The notes beneath the pieces were generated by a model. The model saw nothing but the letters and a program-made list of their open reading frames with translations. It did no database searches and had not been told where the DNA came from. Position numbers and translations under genes: made by a program. A DNA stretch of 63,771 nucleotides, the filler included, from Craspedostauros australis (Eukaryota): NCBI GenBank assembly GCA_030167865.1. It is 5 parts of 5 records of this genome, joined end to end, with 100 filler letters (N's around TTAATTAATTAA, not from the genome) between each part and the next. Parts side by side here need not be neighbours in the genome. Positions count along the whole stretch, not along the records: positions 43,174 to 47,943 come from JALAGF010003852.1; positions 48,044 to 60,009 come from JALAGF010003853.1; 3 more parts are not named here. One strand, 5' to 3'. Positions within the stretch are counted from its first letter, which is position 1; every line of letters starts with the position of its first letter. Of this stretch, positions 43,189-53,900 are shown piece after piece.

Positions 43189-46100
43189 ATGAGCGACATC
43201 AACGACATCCAAAGCGACGGGGGCGCTTCGTGGGTCGGCAGAGTCTTTGATAGGGGGCAGAGGCAGAGGCAGGATCACAATCATGGCGGCAAACGCCACA
43301 ACCCTGTTCGTGGCCTGGGGCGGCAGAACAGCAGCAGAAGGAACCGCAAGAAGGGCAACGGGATGTTCGGACGCCAACCAAGGCACAATGCGGAGGGCCA
43401 GCAAGCCGACCTCGTCGACATGGTGGAGTCTGTGGATGCCTACGGTCAAATCCAGCCCGAGATCAACAGCCACACGCGACGCCAGACTCTGATCTCCCAC
43501 GTTTCCTTGATGGACTTCTTCAGCTACAACAGGAACAACAACCGCCAGGTCAGGAGCGGCGGCTTCGAAAGACAGGCATCGAGCTTGTCAAGCCATCTCC
43601 GGGACCAGCAACCGAGCTGCCGTCGCAAGTCGGATCGGTTTCGCAGATCGTTCGAATTGCAAGGAGATCACTTCTCGCAAACCACGGCTCATGCCACGAA
43701 GATGCAACAGCATATCCTCGACGCGGCTGGCATCTCACGCAACTCGTTCGAAGCCAGGTCCGTGGCCATCCTGAGATGGACAGTCATCATCGTCTGGCTG
43801 ACGGCAGCCTGCATCATCAGCCTGCTTCTTGTCAAGGAGTACGCGGAAGGCAAGGAGGAAGATGAGTTTCGATTCCAGTTCAAGGCCAACGCTGACAAGC
43901 TGGTCAGCAGCTTCCGTGCTTCGACGGACACCAAGCTCAATGCCATCAATGCTCTGTCCACCTACATCACTGTCTTTGCGCAGGAAACGAACTCGGAGTT
44001 CCCGTTTGTCACGTTGCCTGGCTTTGTCATGGCTGCTGCCAATACCCGCATCTCCACAGAATCGCCGCTGATCGACTGGCTGCCATTGGTGAAGGAGGAG
44101 CAGCGGGAACGATGGGAAAAGTACGCATACGAAAACAGATTCCAGGCTAATCGAGACTACAAGTTGGATGCCTTCTTTCGCACGAAGCAGGACATTGAAC
44201 TGGGTTACCTGGATGCGGAAGAAGGAGCTAAAGAACTGGCAAAGTACGAAGGCTACAACGACGATGTCTACGTCAATCCCCCACTCGAGAACATGACCGT
44301 TGTCAACAACACCGTCATAGACGGAACGTTTTACCATCCGAAGATCTGGTCGTATCGAAATGGTGGGGCTGCCAAAGAAACCGGAACAGGCCCATATCTC
44401 CCTGTATGGCAACGAGCCCCCGTCAGTGGCAGGCAACAGGCTGGATTGAATAACGACGGCGCTTCGGCCCCTATCCGAGCTGGTATCCTCCCTTACCTCT
44501 TCAATCAGAAGAAGCGAGGCGTTCTGCTACATCGTTCGATGATTCCAATCCTACAAGGTGCCAATCTTCCGAAGCAATCTGGACTGATAACGCAGTTTCG
44601 TCACGACGATGAAGCCTATGCCGGAGATCCAGCTACCACGATGTCGTATCCTGTCTTTGACGACTACGGTACTGGCAACTTGATCGGGGTCTTGTCAATC
44701 GCCTTGTATTGGAGGCTGTTGTTCACTGATATTCTACCATCCAACGCCAAAGGGTACATCTGCGTCCTGGAAAACAAGTTCAACCAAACACTCGCCTACA
44801 GAGTCGATGGTGATCAGGCGCGATTCATCGGCGAGTTTGATCCCGGGGCCATCGATAGGCTCGACTACATATTCCACGATATGGTCGTCACATCACAGCT
44901 CGGTAAGGACGACAGACCTAACGCACGACCAAAGGCCGAAACGCAAGCATACACCACTCTCCCCATCGACGAAGACTTCAACACGTACACCATCCGAATC
45001 TACCCCACCAAAGACACGTTCGATGTCTACAAAACGGATGAGCCCATCTTCTACACATGTCTCGTTGCCAGCATCTTTGCAGTGGCAGCGATGGTATTCT
45101 TGGCATACGACTTCTGCGTGCAGAAGCGACAGCAGCTGATCGCCTCCAAAGCCATCGAGAATGCGCAGAAGGCAGCAGCGGCCGAACGTGACCTCAACGA
45201 GTACATCGCACACGAGGTCCGTAATCCCTTATCGGCAGCCTTGAGCGCCTGTAGCTTCGTGGATTCGGCTGTGAACGAGAGCCGACCGTTGTCGGATGAT
45301 GAGTCGAAGCAGCTCGTGCGAGAGGATGTGCAGATCATCAATTCATCGTTGACGTTTGTGAACGAGCTGCTGAGGAATCTGCTGGATCTGCATCGCGCGA
45401 CGGATCGACAGATTCGCATACGCAAACGGCAGACGGCTGTGTTCGATGAAGTGCTGAAGCCGGTGGCATCGATCTTGTATCGTCGTGATGCGGGCTTCGA
45501 ACTGATTGTGGAATGTTGCCCTCGACACTTGCGAGTGAGTACGGACGGCTTGCGTTTGAAGCAGGTGCTATTGAATCTCGGACGGAATGCATCGAAATTT
45601 GTGAAGAGCGGGTTTCTGCGTCTAAGGGCGGAGGTCGAAGGGGTTGATGGTGCGGATGGTGTGGATGGTGTGGATGGTGGTAGTGGTCATGGTGGTGGAA
45701 CCATTGGCACCACCAGATTCAACGACATCGACAACATGAACATGAACGTGAACATGAACAGCACGATGGACGGGAGAGGGAGGTCGGGTCGTTCAGTGAA
45801 GATCTACGTGGAGGATTCAGGTCCTGGAATTCCGATCGAGGATCGCCAGCATTTGTTTTCGAAGTTCAAGGAGACTCTGGATGTTGCGACACAAGGAGCC
45901 GGGATTGGCTTGTGTCTATGCAAGAACCTGATTGATATCATGGGAGGTGACATCTGGTTGGACGAATCGTACGACAGCGGCATCCCAGGCCAGCCGGGCA
46001 CCCGTTTCGTCATCGATTTGAGGGAGACGCCGTCAGCGCCGTTGCACGACAGAAGTACCAATAGCATGCAGCTGGGGGTGGTCGGCGGCGGCCACGGTAG

Positions 46101-47883
46101 TCGTCACGGTAGTCGTCATGGCGAGAATGGAAGTGTTGATCCCGGTGGCAGTGCCGTTTCTCAAAGCACACCAAGCACAGAAACAGAAGAGGGTGAAGAT
46201 ATTGGTTGTGTTCCTATTCACCAATGCAAGCCAACCACGACGACCACGACGACCACGATGACCACAGCAACCACCGCCGCCATCTCCACGAAAACAGTTG
46301 GAAGCAACCAACGGACAGGCGAGCGAGGCAACTGGAAGTACAACATGTCTGACAAAGGCTGCCTCGATTCAAGTAGAACGAGTGCCGGGCAAGATTCATA
46401 CAGCGATGCTGACCGGCATTCGATAGTGCTGACATCAGCCAGCACATGTGGCATTCTGGAGGCCGGCAGTATGCATATTCATGGACAACAGCAGTTGCAT
46501 CGGAGCAGCTCTCCAAGCATATCATCGATAGCAGAAGATGTGGCACCCAGCAACTCTGCGGCCCGAACGAGACGAGTTTCCGCTCCCGCACCATTCTCTA
46601 CTAACGATCAAATCGACAGTGGCGATCCACTCGTATCTTCGCCAACAGACGACGACGGCGACGACAGATTCAAGAAGGCGAGAGAACGCAGGATGACTGT
46701 CCAATCTGCTTTTGCCGTTGACAATCGCATCAGCACCGCCCGTGTCGACAATGCCGACAATATCGACAATGCCGGCAATATCGACAATCGTGTCGGTGGC
46801 ACCAGTGCTGTAAGTGCTGCAGGTGATGAAAGCGAAAGCAATGGCTCAAACAACAGAGACACCGCCAGCATTCAGTCCGATCACGCTGATCGGGCGATAG
46901 GTGTTGATGCCAAAGCCACCCCAGCCACATTTCCATCACCGCGGAAATCCTTGTCATCAACGGAATTGGTCCAATCGACGTTGCTGGGCAATCCTTTGCC
47001 TCTGAGTCCTTTCTCGTCACGTTCACCAGACGCTCGGGCCAGTGCTTCCAACCAAGAGACGATGACACTACCGCCGGCATCACTACCACCGCCGCCGCTG
47101 CCATTATTCCCTGTGGAGTTACAGCCACTGACAGAGGTAGAAAACAATGCCGACACCACCGCCGCCACCACCACCACCACCAACAACAACAACAGTGACA
47201 GCAGCGGCATGGGGGACAAGAGCAAGGGCAGTCCATCGGATGGACATACTCATACATCTGAAGCGACAGGAACTGGCAAGACCACAACGCCAACAGCACC
47301 AACGGCACCAACGAGGAAATCCAATGGCAAACCACACAACAATCCTGATTCTAGCACAATGATAGCATCAGTACCTCCAGCACCGACAGCTGCTGCAGTC
47401 ACTGCGGCAGCAACGCCGGCGACAACGACAACGACAACAACCGCGAATGCTGATTTGCCGAGCATGTCCGAAGCACAAGACAAGCGACTTCCTGAGGTCC
47501 TATCTGTCCTATTTGTCGACGATGATAAAGTGCTGCGCAAGCTGTTCGGACGATGCATCAAGAGGGCATTCCCGAACTGGTCCGTGAAGGAAGCACCCGA
47601 CGGCGAAACCGCGATAGATATGGTTTCAACACAAGGTGACAGCGGCAAATCGTTTGACTTGATCTTCATGGACCAGTACATGTCAACGACAGAGAAGAGG
47701 ATGCTCGGTACAGAGACGGTGGAGGAATTGAGGAAACGGGGAGTAAAGAGCAGAATCTGCGGGCTGTCAGCAAACGACGTTGGCACCGAGTTTTCTGCCG
47801 TGGGTGCCGATGCCTTCATCTGCAAGCCTTTGTCATTCAACAAGAAGGAACTCGAGAAGCAGATTGAATGGATCATGTCCTGA
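43189..47883 (+). CDS. Membrane hybrid sensor histidine kinase (2 TM, extracellular CHASE-like sensor, HisKA, HATPase, receiver); possibly 5' partial
   Basis: H-box EYIAHEVRNPL; N-box QVLLNLGRNASKF; G1 EDSGPGI; G2 GAGIGLCLC; receiver LFVDDD...IFMDQYM...CKP. Confidence 0.92.
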   Translation: MSDINDIQSDGGASWVGRVFDRGQRQRQDHNHGGKRHNPVRGLGRQNSSRRNRKKGNGMFGRQPRHNAEGQQADLVDMVESVDAYGQIQPEINSHTRRQTLISHVSLMDFFSYNRNNNRQVRSGGFERQASSLSSHLRDQQPSCRRKSDRFRRSFELQGDHFSQTTAHATKMQQHILDAAGISRNSFEARSVAILRWTVIIVWLTAACIISLLLVKEYAEGKEEDEFRFQFKANADKLVSSFRASTDTKLNAINALSTYITVFAQETNSEFPFVTLPGFVMAAANTRISTESPLIDWLPLVKEEQRERWEKYAYENRFQANRDYKLDAFFRTKQDIELGYLDAEEGAKELAKYEGYNDDVYVNPPLENMTVVNNTVIDGTFYHPKIWSYRNGGAAKETGTGPYLPVWQRAPVSGRQQAGLNNDGASAPIRAGILPYLFNQKKRGVLLHRSMIPILQGANLPKQSGLITQFRHDDEAYAGDPATTMSYPVFDDYGTGNLIGVLSIALYWRLLFTDILPSNAKGYICVLENKFNQTLAYRVDGDQARFIGEFDPGAIDRLDYIFHDMVVTSQLGKDDRPNARPKAETQAYTTLPIDEDFNTYTIRIYPTKDTFDVYKTDEPIFYTCLVASIFAVAAMVFLAYDFCVQKRQQLIASKAIENAQKAAAAERDLNEYIAHEVRNPLSAALSACSFVDSAVNESRPLSDDESKQLVREDVQIINSSLTFVNELLRNLLDLHRATDRQIRIRKRQTAVFDEVLKPVASILYRRDAGFELIVECCPRHLRVSTDGLRLKQVLLNLGRNASKFVKSGFLRLRAEVEGVDGADGVDGVDGGSGHGGGTIGTTRFNDIDNMNMNVNMNSTMDGRGRSGRSVKIYVEDSGPGIPIEDRQHLFSKFKETLDVATQGAGIGLCLCKNLIDIMGGDIWLDESYDSGIPGQPGTRFVIDLRETPSAPLHDRSTNSMQLGVVGGGHGSRHGSRHGENGSVDPGGSAVSQSTPSTETEEGEDIGCVPIHQCKPTTTTTTTTMTTATTAAISTKTVGSNQRTGERGNWKYNMSDKGCLDSSRTSAGQDSYSDADRHSIVLTSASTCGILEAGSMHIHGQQQLHRSSSPSISSIAEDVAPSNSAARTRRVSAPAPFSTNDQIDSGDPLVSSPTDDDGDDRFKKARERRMTVQSAFAVDNRISTARVDNADNIDNAGNIDNRVGGTSAVSAAGDESESNGSNNRDTASIQSDHADRAIGVDAKATPATFPSPRKSLSSTELVQSTLLGNPLPLSPFSSRSPDARASASNQETMTLPPASLPPPPLPLFPVELQPLTEVENNADTTAATTTTTNNNNSDSSGMGDKSKGSPSDGHTHTSEATGTGKTTTPTAPTAPTRKSNGKPHNNPDSSTMIASVPPAPTAAAVTAAATPATTTTTTTANADLPSMSEAQDKRLPEVLSVLFVDDDKVLRKLFGRCIKRAFPNWSVKEAPDGETAIDMVSTQGDSGKSFDLIFMDQYMSTTEKRMLGTETVEELRKRGVKSRICGLSANDVGTEFSAVGADAFICKPLSFNKKELEKQIEWIMS

Positions 47884-47943
47884 AGCAGTGGCGCCTGGGC
47901 TGTTCGCAATCTTCTCAACAGCCTCAACAGTCTCAACGGGGAG

Positions 47944-48043
47944 NNNNNNNNNNNNNNNNNNNNNNNNNNNNNNNNNNNNNNNNNNNNTTAATTAATTAAN
48001 NNNNNNNNNNNNNNNNNNNNNNNNNNNNNNNNNNNNNNNNNNN
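47944..48043. other. Artificial contig linker
   Basis: N44-TTAATTAATTAA-N44. Confidence 0.97.
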
Positions 48044-48045
48044 TG

Positions 48046-48192
48046 CTTCAGCGCAAGATCCAGGTGGCTGAGCTCGAACACGCCTACAGCAAAATGCAAC
48101 TCAAGAAGCTGAAGCTCGAGCTCGAGATTGAGAAGAAGAAACAAGAGCTGAACCGGGTACGCGGAGATAGATCCTTCTTGGAGTGGGACTAG
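48046..48192 (+). CDS. 3' end of tandem-family paralog 1 (partial; not in the ORF track)
   Basis: LQRKIQVAELEHAYSKMQLKKLKLELEIEKKKQELNRVRGDRSFLEWD* aligns with the C-terminal coiled coil of the three downstream paralogs. Confidence 0.75.
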   Translation, partial: LQRKIQVAELEHAYSKMQLKKLKLELEIEKKKQELNRVRGDRSFLEWD

Positions 48193-49082
48193 CGGGTGGC
48201 CAGCTTGCCACATGCATTTATACATGTACGCATACAAGCATGAACGAGGAAATTCAAGATGTGAGAAAGACGTCGGATCCGGGTGGACTACTCGCATTTG
48301 CACTTGTGGAGAGTTCGTAGAGCGTCGGATGTGCGGGCATCTGCCCTGTCGTTCTTCGATCACTGTGGCCTCGCGCTGGCACGAGTTGTGGGCTTTCATC
48401 ATGTTGCTGTTTCGTCCTGTGTTACATACTCCTGTTCCATAATACATATCTCTAGCGCGCTGGAAAGATCTTTGGCTTGGTGGACACTGGGGGGCAGGCG
48501 TTGTCGTACATATGTAGCATATTTTATTGGTGGTGCTCAATGAATGCAGCTATGGTACAATTCAAATCGGAAGAAACGGCGCGATGCGTGGAATGGTTCT
48601 GGAAGTGGTTTCTGGTCCATTGAATCGAGCGGGTGTCATCCCATTCATGAAAGTACGCGCGAAGGAGACGAGAAGGAGCGTCGCAGGTGCAAAAAAAAAA
48701 TGCGCTCCTCCCACCGCATCAACGCACATTCGCAGCATCACAAAACAACGCAAACCAATGCCGCCAACCGCCAATCCAAAAGAGGCGCTGCATTCAAACG
48801 GACATAGGTACACTCCTCGCAAGATGGCATCAATGCCAACACGTCCAGTGCCAAGTGCAGCATCAGCAACAGAAGCAGCCTGAGAGACATCACACCATCG
48901 TTGTGTCGTCGATTCTTCGGCTTCACCCTTCCAACACTATCTTCCAACCATCCTCGGACTGTCATTCAACAACTGAGCCGAAGAACCGAGCCAGAAGAAT
49001 CAGAGACGAGAGTGTAGTCGCATAGTAAGCCATCAGAGCAGATATATTTGCCTGCAAACCAAAAGTCCACTTCTTGTCCACG

Positions 49083-50309
49083 ATGGCGCTTCGCATCTGG
49101 TGTACGGTAAAAGCGCGGATGCTTTGCTATGCCTACCTGGAAATCAAGAAGGAACCAGGCGACTGCAAAACAGGAGAATGGCCCTTGATCTTCGACAGCT
49201 TCAATCGGCGAGTCGACGAATACAACGAAAGACTGACAAGAGAGGATGCAAACGGAGGTCACACCAACACCAATGATGCTGAAGCAGTGACTGATCGAAG
49301 ACTGCACCGTTCAAAACTGACCAGCCTCAAGGCCTTCTTTCGCGGCATAAGGCGAAGTATTCTCGAGCTCCGCAAGTGCCGTCCATCGACCCCTCACCGA
49401 ACGAAAGACGCCGAGCTTCAATGGATCACAAATGTGTATCAATCATCCTCACTGAAACACAACCGTTCTCTTGTCAGTGTTGAGTCAATTGCAGCATGCT
49501 GGGGCATCCTGAAAGATGCTCCGCAGATTGTGGAGAAATTGCCACCTGCCATCCTCTCCTCCAAATCTGGTCCGAAGCCGACACCTGCGCCGTTGCGACT
49601 CGCCGGACGCAAATCGCTTCGACTATCTGCCAATGCTCGCAGTCCCCACAAAGACGAAGCTTCATCCCCAGATCGCGAAGCCAGCAGCAATGGTGATGAA
49701 ACTGGAAAAGAAACCATCGGCACTGCCAGCTCCACCGCCATGAAACCGCACAACAACGGCGAGTGCGCGAAAGATGGCAGCGTCACGAACGGCGATATCA
49801 TCGATCATCACAGCAGAGACACCAAAAAGCAACGCAAACAGAAGACTCCGCGTTATCGGCGCAAAACTATCTGCGTCCGACCGCAGAAACGCAAGCGCTG
49901 GGATCAGCCTGCCAGCAATGAAACTTTCACTGTCTGCAATCCAAGCAGCAGCGACCGCGACGGCAACCTCGATCGTGTGAATGGACACAATGAAGGCGCA
50001 TCGTCCACTGATAGCGGTACTGATGGGACTGGCCGCGTTATTTCTCGTCGCCACTCCCATGATCCCAGCAACGACGCCTATAGCAGCAACAGCAGCAACA
50101 GCAACAACAACGGTATTCCTCATCCTCGCAATCCGACTTTTCCAATGAGCAAGTGTACGAACAAGATGAAGGTGCTTCGGCGCAAGCTACAGGTTGCGAA
50201 GCTCGAACGCGCGTACACCGATCTGCGTATTCAGGAACTCGATTTGAAGCTTCGGGCCGCCAAGGCAAAGCAAGAACTGGAAGAGGCACGGGACAATCCA
50301 CCAATGTGA
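49083..50309 (+). CDS. Tandem-family paralog 2: Myb/SANT-like N-terminus, CWxILKDAP motif, C-terminal coiled coil
   Basis: WCTVKARMLCYAYLEIKKEPGDCKTGEWPLI; ACWGILKDAPQI; LRRKLQVAKLERAYTDLRIQEL. Confidence 0.8.
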   Translation: MALRIWCTVKARMLCYAYLEIKKEPGDCKTGEWPLIFDSFNRRVDEYNERLTREDANGGHTNTNDAEAVTDRRLHRSKLTSLKAFFRGIRRSILELRKCRPSTPHRTKDAELQWITNVYQSSSLKHNRSLVSVESIAACWGILKDAPQIVEKLPPAILSSKSGPKPTPAPLRLAGRKSLRLSANARSPHKDEASSPDREASSNGDETGKETIGTASSTAMKPHNNGECAKDGSVTNGDIIDHHSRDTKKQRKQKTPRYRRKTICVRPQKRKRWDQPASNETFTVCNPSSSDRDGNLDRVNGHNEGASSTDSGTDGTGRVISRRHSHDPSNDAYSSNSSNSNNNGIPHPRNPTFPMSKCTNKMKVLRRKLQVAKLERAYTDLRIQELDLKLRAAKAKQELEEARDNPPM

Positions 50310-50933
50310 AAGTCGACGGCGGCCAACTCTTCACAGGCATGATTGGGTGGGAAAATGAATGGGGAAAAGGAACGACTGTGGCAATAACGAGGTATTTTAT
50401 CATAGGCACGAGTGCTATCGGTTTGCCGAGTGAGCGAGGTGCATAGTACACGAGCATACCACCAGGATTATGAATATGTGATCTGTTTGGAAATCCCAAG
50501 AAAAAGGTTAGGCTGTACGACTATAGTATGCGCAGCATTCGCGGCCGCACTTGTACTCGTAGTGACGCATGTGTTAGTGTATATGGTACTAGTGATTTTC
50601 TTTACGTGTAATATTGGTAAGACTGCAACGCAGACTTTCCTCCGAGGGAGAAGCATTGGTACTGACATGAGTGTCGTTGCGCAACTCATCAGAACCACCA
50701 GATGTCCTGAAGGATGCATGTATGCGCGGATGGATGTATGTATGCACGGATGGATGTATGTATGCGTGGATTGGAAACACCGAACCCCTTTTCGGTGTGC
50801 TCCTACGAAGGCATCGCCCATTGCCAACGCCTTCATGAGGCATGCGGCATTTGCCGCGTTGGTCCGGCTGCCTGGTTGTTGCTTCGCGGCACAATGCCCA
50901 GTCCCCCTGGCGTTGTTGTGATTCATCGCTGCG

Positions 50934-53900
50934 TCAGATGCATTGTTTTGATTTTTCCCTGTTTGGCTGCTCTCTCTCTCTTTTTCTTTTCCGCTCTCTC
51001 TCTCTCTTTTTCCCTTCCGCTCTCACTTTCTCTTCCTCGATGCGATTGATGCACGCTTTTTGCTTGGCTGAACCTCCTTCCGTTTTTGCTGGTCCGATGG
51101 AGAGTACAGCGTGCGCACCATGTTTTGCGGTTTTAGTATGGCGCTTTTTCATTTGCTCCATCTGGTTCTCCAGGATGGTGGACTTGTCCACAGCGAATGG
51201 AATGTACGGAAAGGATGTACCTTCGTAGCCCCAAGCAACTGTTCTGTGCGTACCTGCAATAGTGTATATCCGGTCTTCGCCAAAGAGAGGGTCCAGTCCG
51301 GGGTCCGCCACTGCGAGGGCATTTTCCAGGTAGTTTATCATCCTTGGGCTTGTATCCTCAGCATGATCTTTGGCTTGGATACAGATTGTTCGCAATCTGT
51401 AGGGCTTCTGGTTTGTGCCGCTGACCCGCTGCTTCACAGGGAAGGTGACGTAGGCGTCTGCGAACTCACTGCTACCTTCTGAAACTTGGATGAGTGGTGC
51501 GTTGAAGACATATGCCACGACGTATGTGGTTGTGCCTTGGGATGCGTTGGCGGGAGCGGGGATGGAGGCCGGTTTCAAGTTTTCGCCGCGTGCGCTGTGA
51601 GATGTTTTGGCGGAGTTGCCGACTTTCAATGCGGCAGTGTTCTTGGTGAGTTGGGCCACCGAGGCGTCTTGCCCGCGGTTGGATTGTACCAAGGCGTCTT
51701 GCCCGCCGTTGGATTGCTCCAAGGCGTTCCGGAGCACACATAGTTGGCGGAGTAAGTCGTGATCGACGAAAATTGAATGATGGGAATCCAACCACTCTGT
51801 GATATCGCTTTCAGTCATGTCCATCAGCGGCCAAAGATGCGCCGGGCTTCCGTTTGCATGCATGAGCTGTACATACATGTTGCGAAAAATAGCACCCGCA
51901 GTTTTTGCAGCAGCAGCGTGGATGTTGCACAATTCTTTTTCAGCAGTAGCGTTGGGGGCTACGGTGCCTTGTGCAGTAGCAGCCTTGAATTGGCCCAAGA
52001 CTTGTTCAATAGCCTTGATGGCTTCCTGGGGTTGTCCACCGCGAGTATTCCCGATGGCTTCCAAGACCCATCGAGCAACATCCCTGACACTTGCCGTGGG
52101 TATGTCAGCACCAGTCTCGAGGGCATTCTCGACTTGTGTACCAGTAGCAACCTTGATGCGGTCGACGTCCGCGTTGGTCTTGACGCAAGTCATCATTGAC
52201 TTGTGGAAGTACACCCCAGAAATCTTGAGGTCCTCTGAAAGTAGTGCCGAGTGGGCACCCTTGAGAGACCAAAAGAGATCGCCGGCGTCTCCATCCACAG
52301 GTTTCTCTCCACTGATCGTTGTGCATGTGTAGAGGGGCACCTCCGTCGGATGGCGATTGATTCTCATCCCGACCTTGCCCAGAGCAGCAATGATGTCTGC
52401 TTCCTGCTGCTGAACCCCGTTAGAATCGGCGGGAGCAGCAAGGACGCGCCCGTCCGTACCCTTCTTCACGACGCCGGATGCGCCGATGGCAGCCCCGACC
52501 AGCAGCGCGGTGAGGGTCTCAAAGCTGGCTGAGGTTGTTCCCATGAACGATTTCTCCGCCGGAACTTCTGGACCGCCTTGAATGAGCCAAAGGCAAAGGA
52601 GTTGCATGGCATCACTGAGCTTGAATGGCTTCGCCTGTGGCATGTTGTTACTCCTCTTTATGAATGGCATTGCAGTCACCAAACCATACGAGGCCACCAG
52701 ATGCTTCATGATGGATTCGTTCATGTCGTTGTGGACGTTACCCTCCTCGTCGCCGCCCTGGACGTCAACCTGAAAGTCTTCGAAGGAGATCCCGTAATCC
52801 ATGTTGTTCACTTGATCATCCGAGAGCTCGTTTGTGAAGTCTTGGTCCTGTTGGAAAAGGAGAGTGGCAAATGCTCGATATGCTGTGAGCCGTCGAAGGG
52901 ACGGATTATTCTGCAACCGCCACATACCATTGCTTCCCATGAATGTGTGGAAGGTTCGAGAAAGGATGGCATTCTGCTCGTGTGGATCCTTATTGGCTTC
53001 CTTCTTGATCATGTTGTTGCTCTTTTGTTGCTGGTTTGATTCATGCATGTAGATGGAGATCATCCGCGCATTGGAATCGACAAGGGCCTTGAGAAGGGGG
53101 AACTGTGGAAGGCTATCATAGTCTGGTATGATGCTGAGTTGGTTGTTGGCACCGGCGAATTCACCGCGAAGAGTGCAGTAAACTTCTTTGGGCTGGGCCT
53201 TCGCGGAGACTTCCATGTGGTCAAAGTTGTTCATGTTGGATCCCACGGTTGCTTGCGAGACACCGGTGCCCGCGATGGAGAATAGGACGTTGATGCGGAG
53301 TGTTTTGAAAGAGTTTTTGGGCTCTGCGAGTTCGAGCGGTGTTGGGGTGCTTTCTGTGTCAGGGTGTAGAAATTGCAGTAAGTCAGTCTCATCCTCGCGG
53401 CAGCCATGCATGATGAAATGCCCCAGCAATACCCCAAACTTGGAGTAATCGCGGACAATGGCCCTGACGAGGTTTGGAAATGCCGTTGCTTCGTCGATCC
53501 CGACGACAACCTGCAGGGTCTGCACTGCACACAACCCTAGTTTTGCGCGCGCTTCGTCCAGGTCCGTCACAAATTTGAGGAGCCTCTTGAGGCTGGTTGC
53601 ATCCGCGCGTAGGGTTGCTCGAACCTTCGTAGCGAGGGAAAGCAAAGCATCTCTGGCTCGGTAATCCTTCTTGATGTCATCTCGAGCATCAGCATAGGCG
53701 TTAGCAGCATGGGCGACAGCAGTACGGGCGACAGCAGTAAAGGCGTTAGCAGCAGCAGCATGGGCGTTAGCAGCAGCAGCATTGGCGTCAGCAGCATAGC
53801 GGTCAGTGCTGGCGTAGGCTGCGTGACCGTCAGGGATCAACGCCACATCCTGCTGACCCTCATAAGTTGGAATGATGGTGAAGAGAGCGTTTCTGGTGTA

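Noticed and set aside
50518..50533. GACTATAGT-ATGCGC resembles the first bases of the window
   Set aside because: Too short and gapped, and on a different contig; probably chance.
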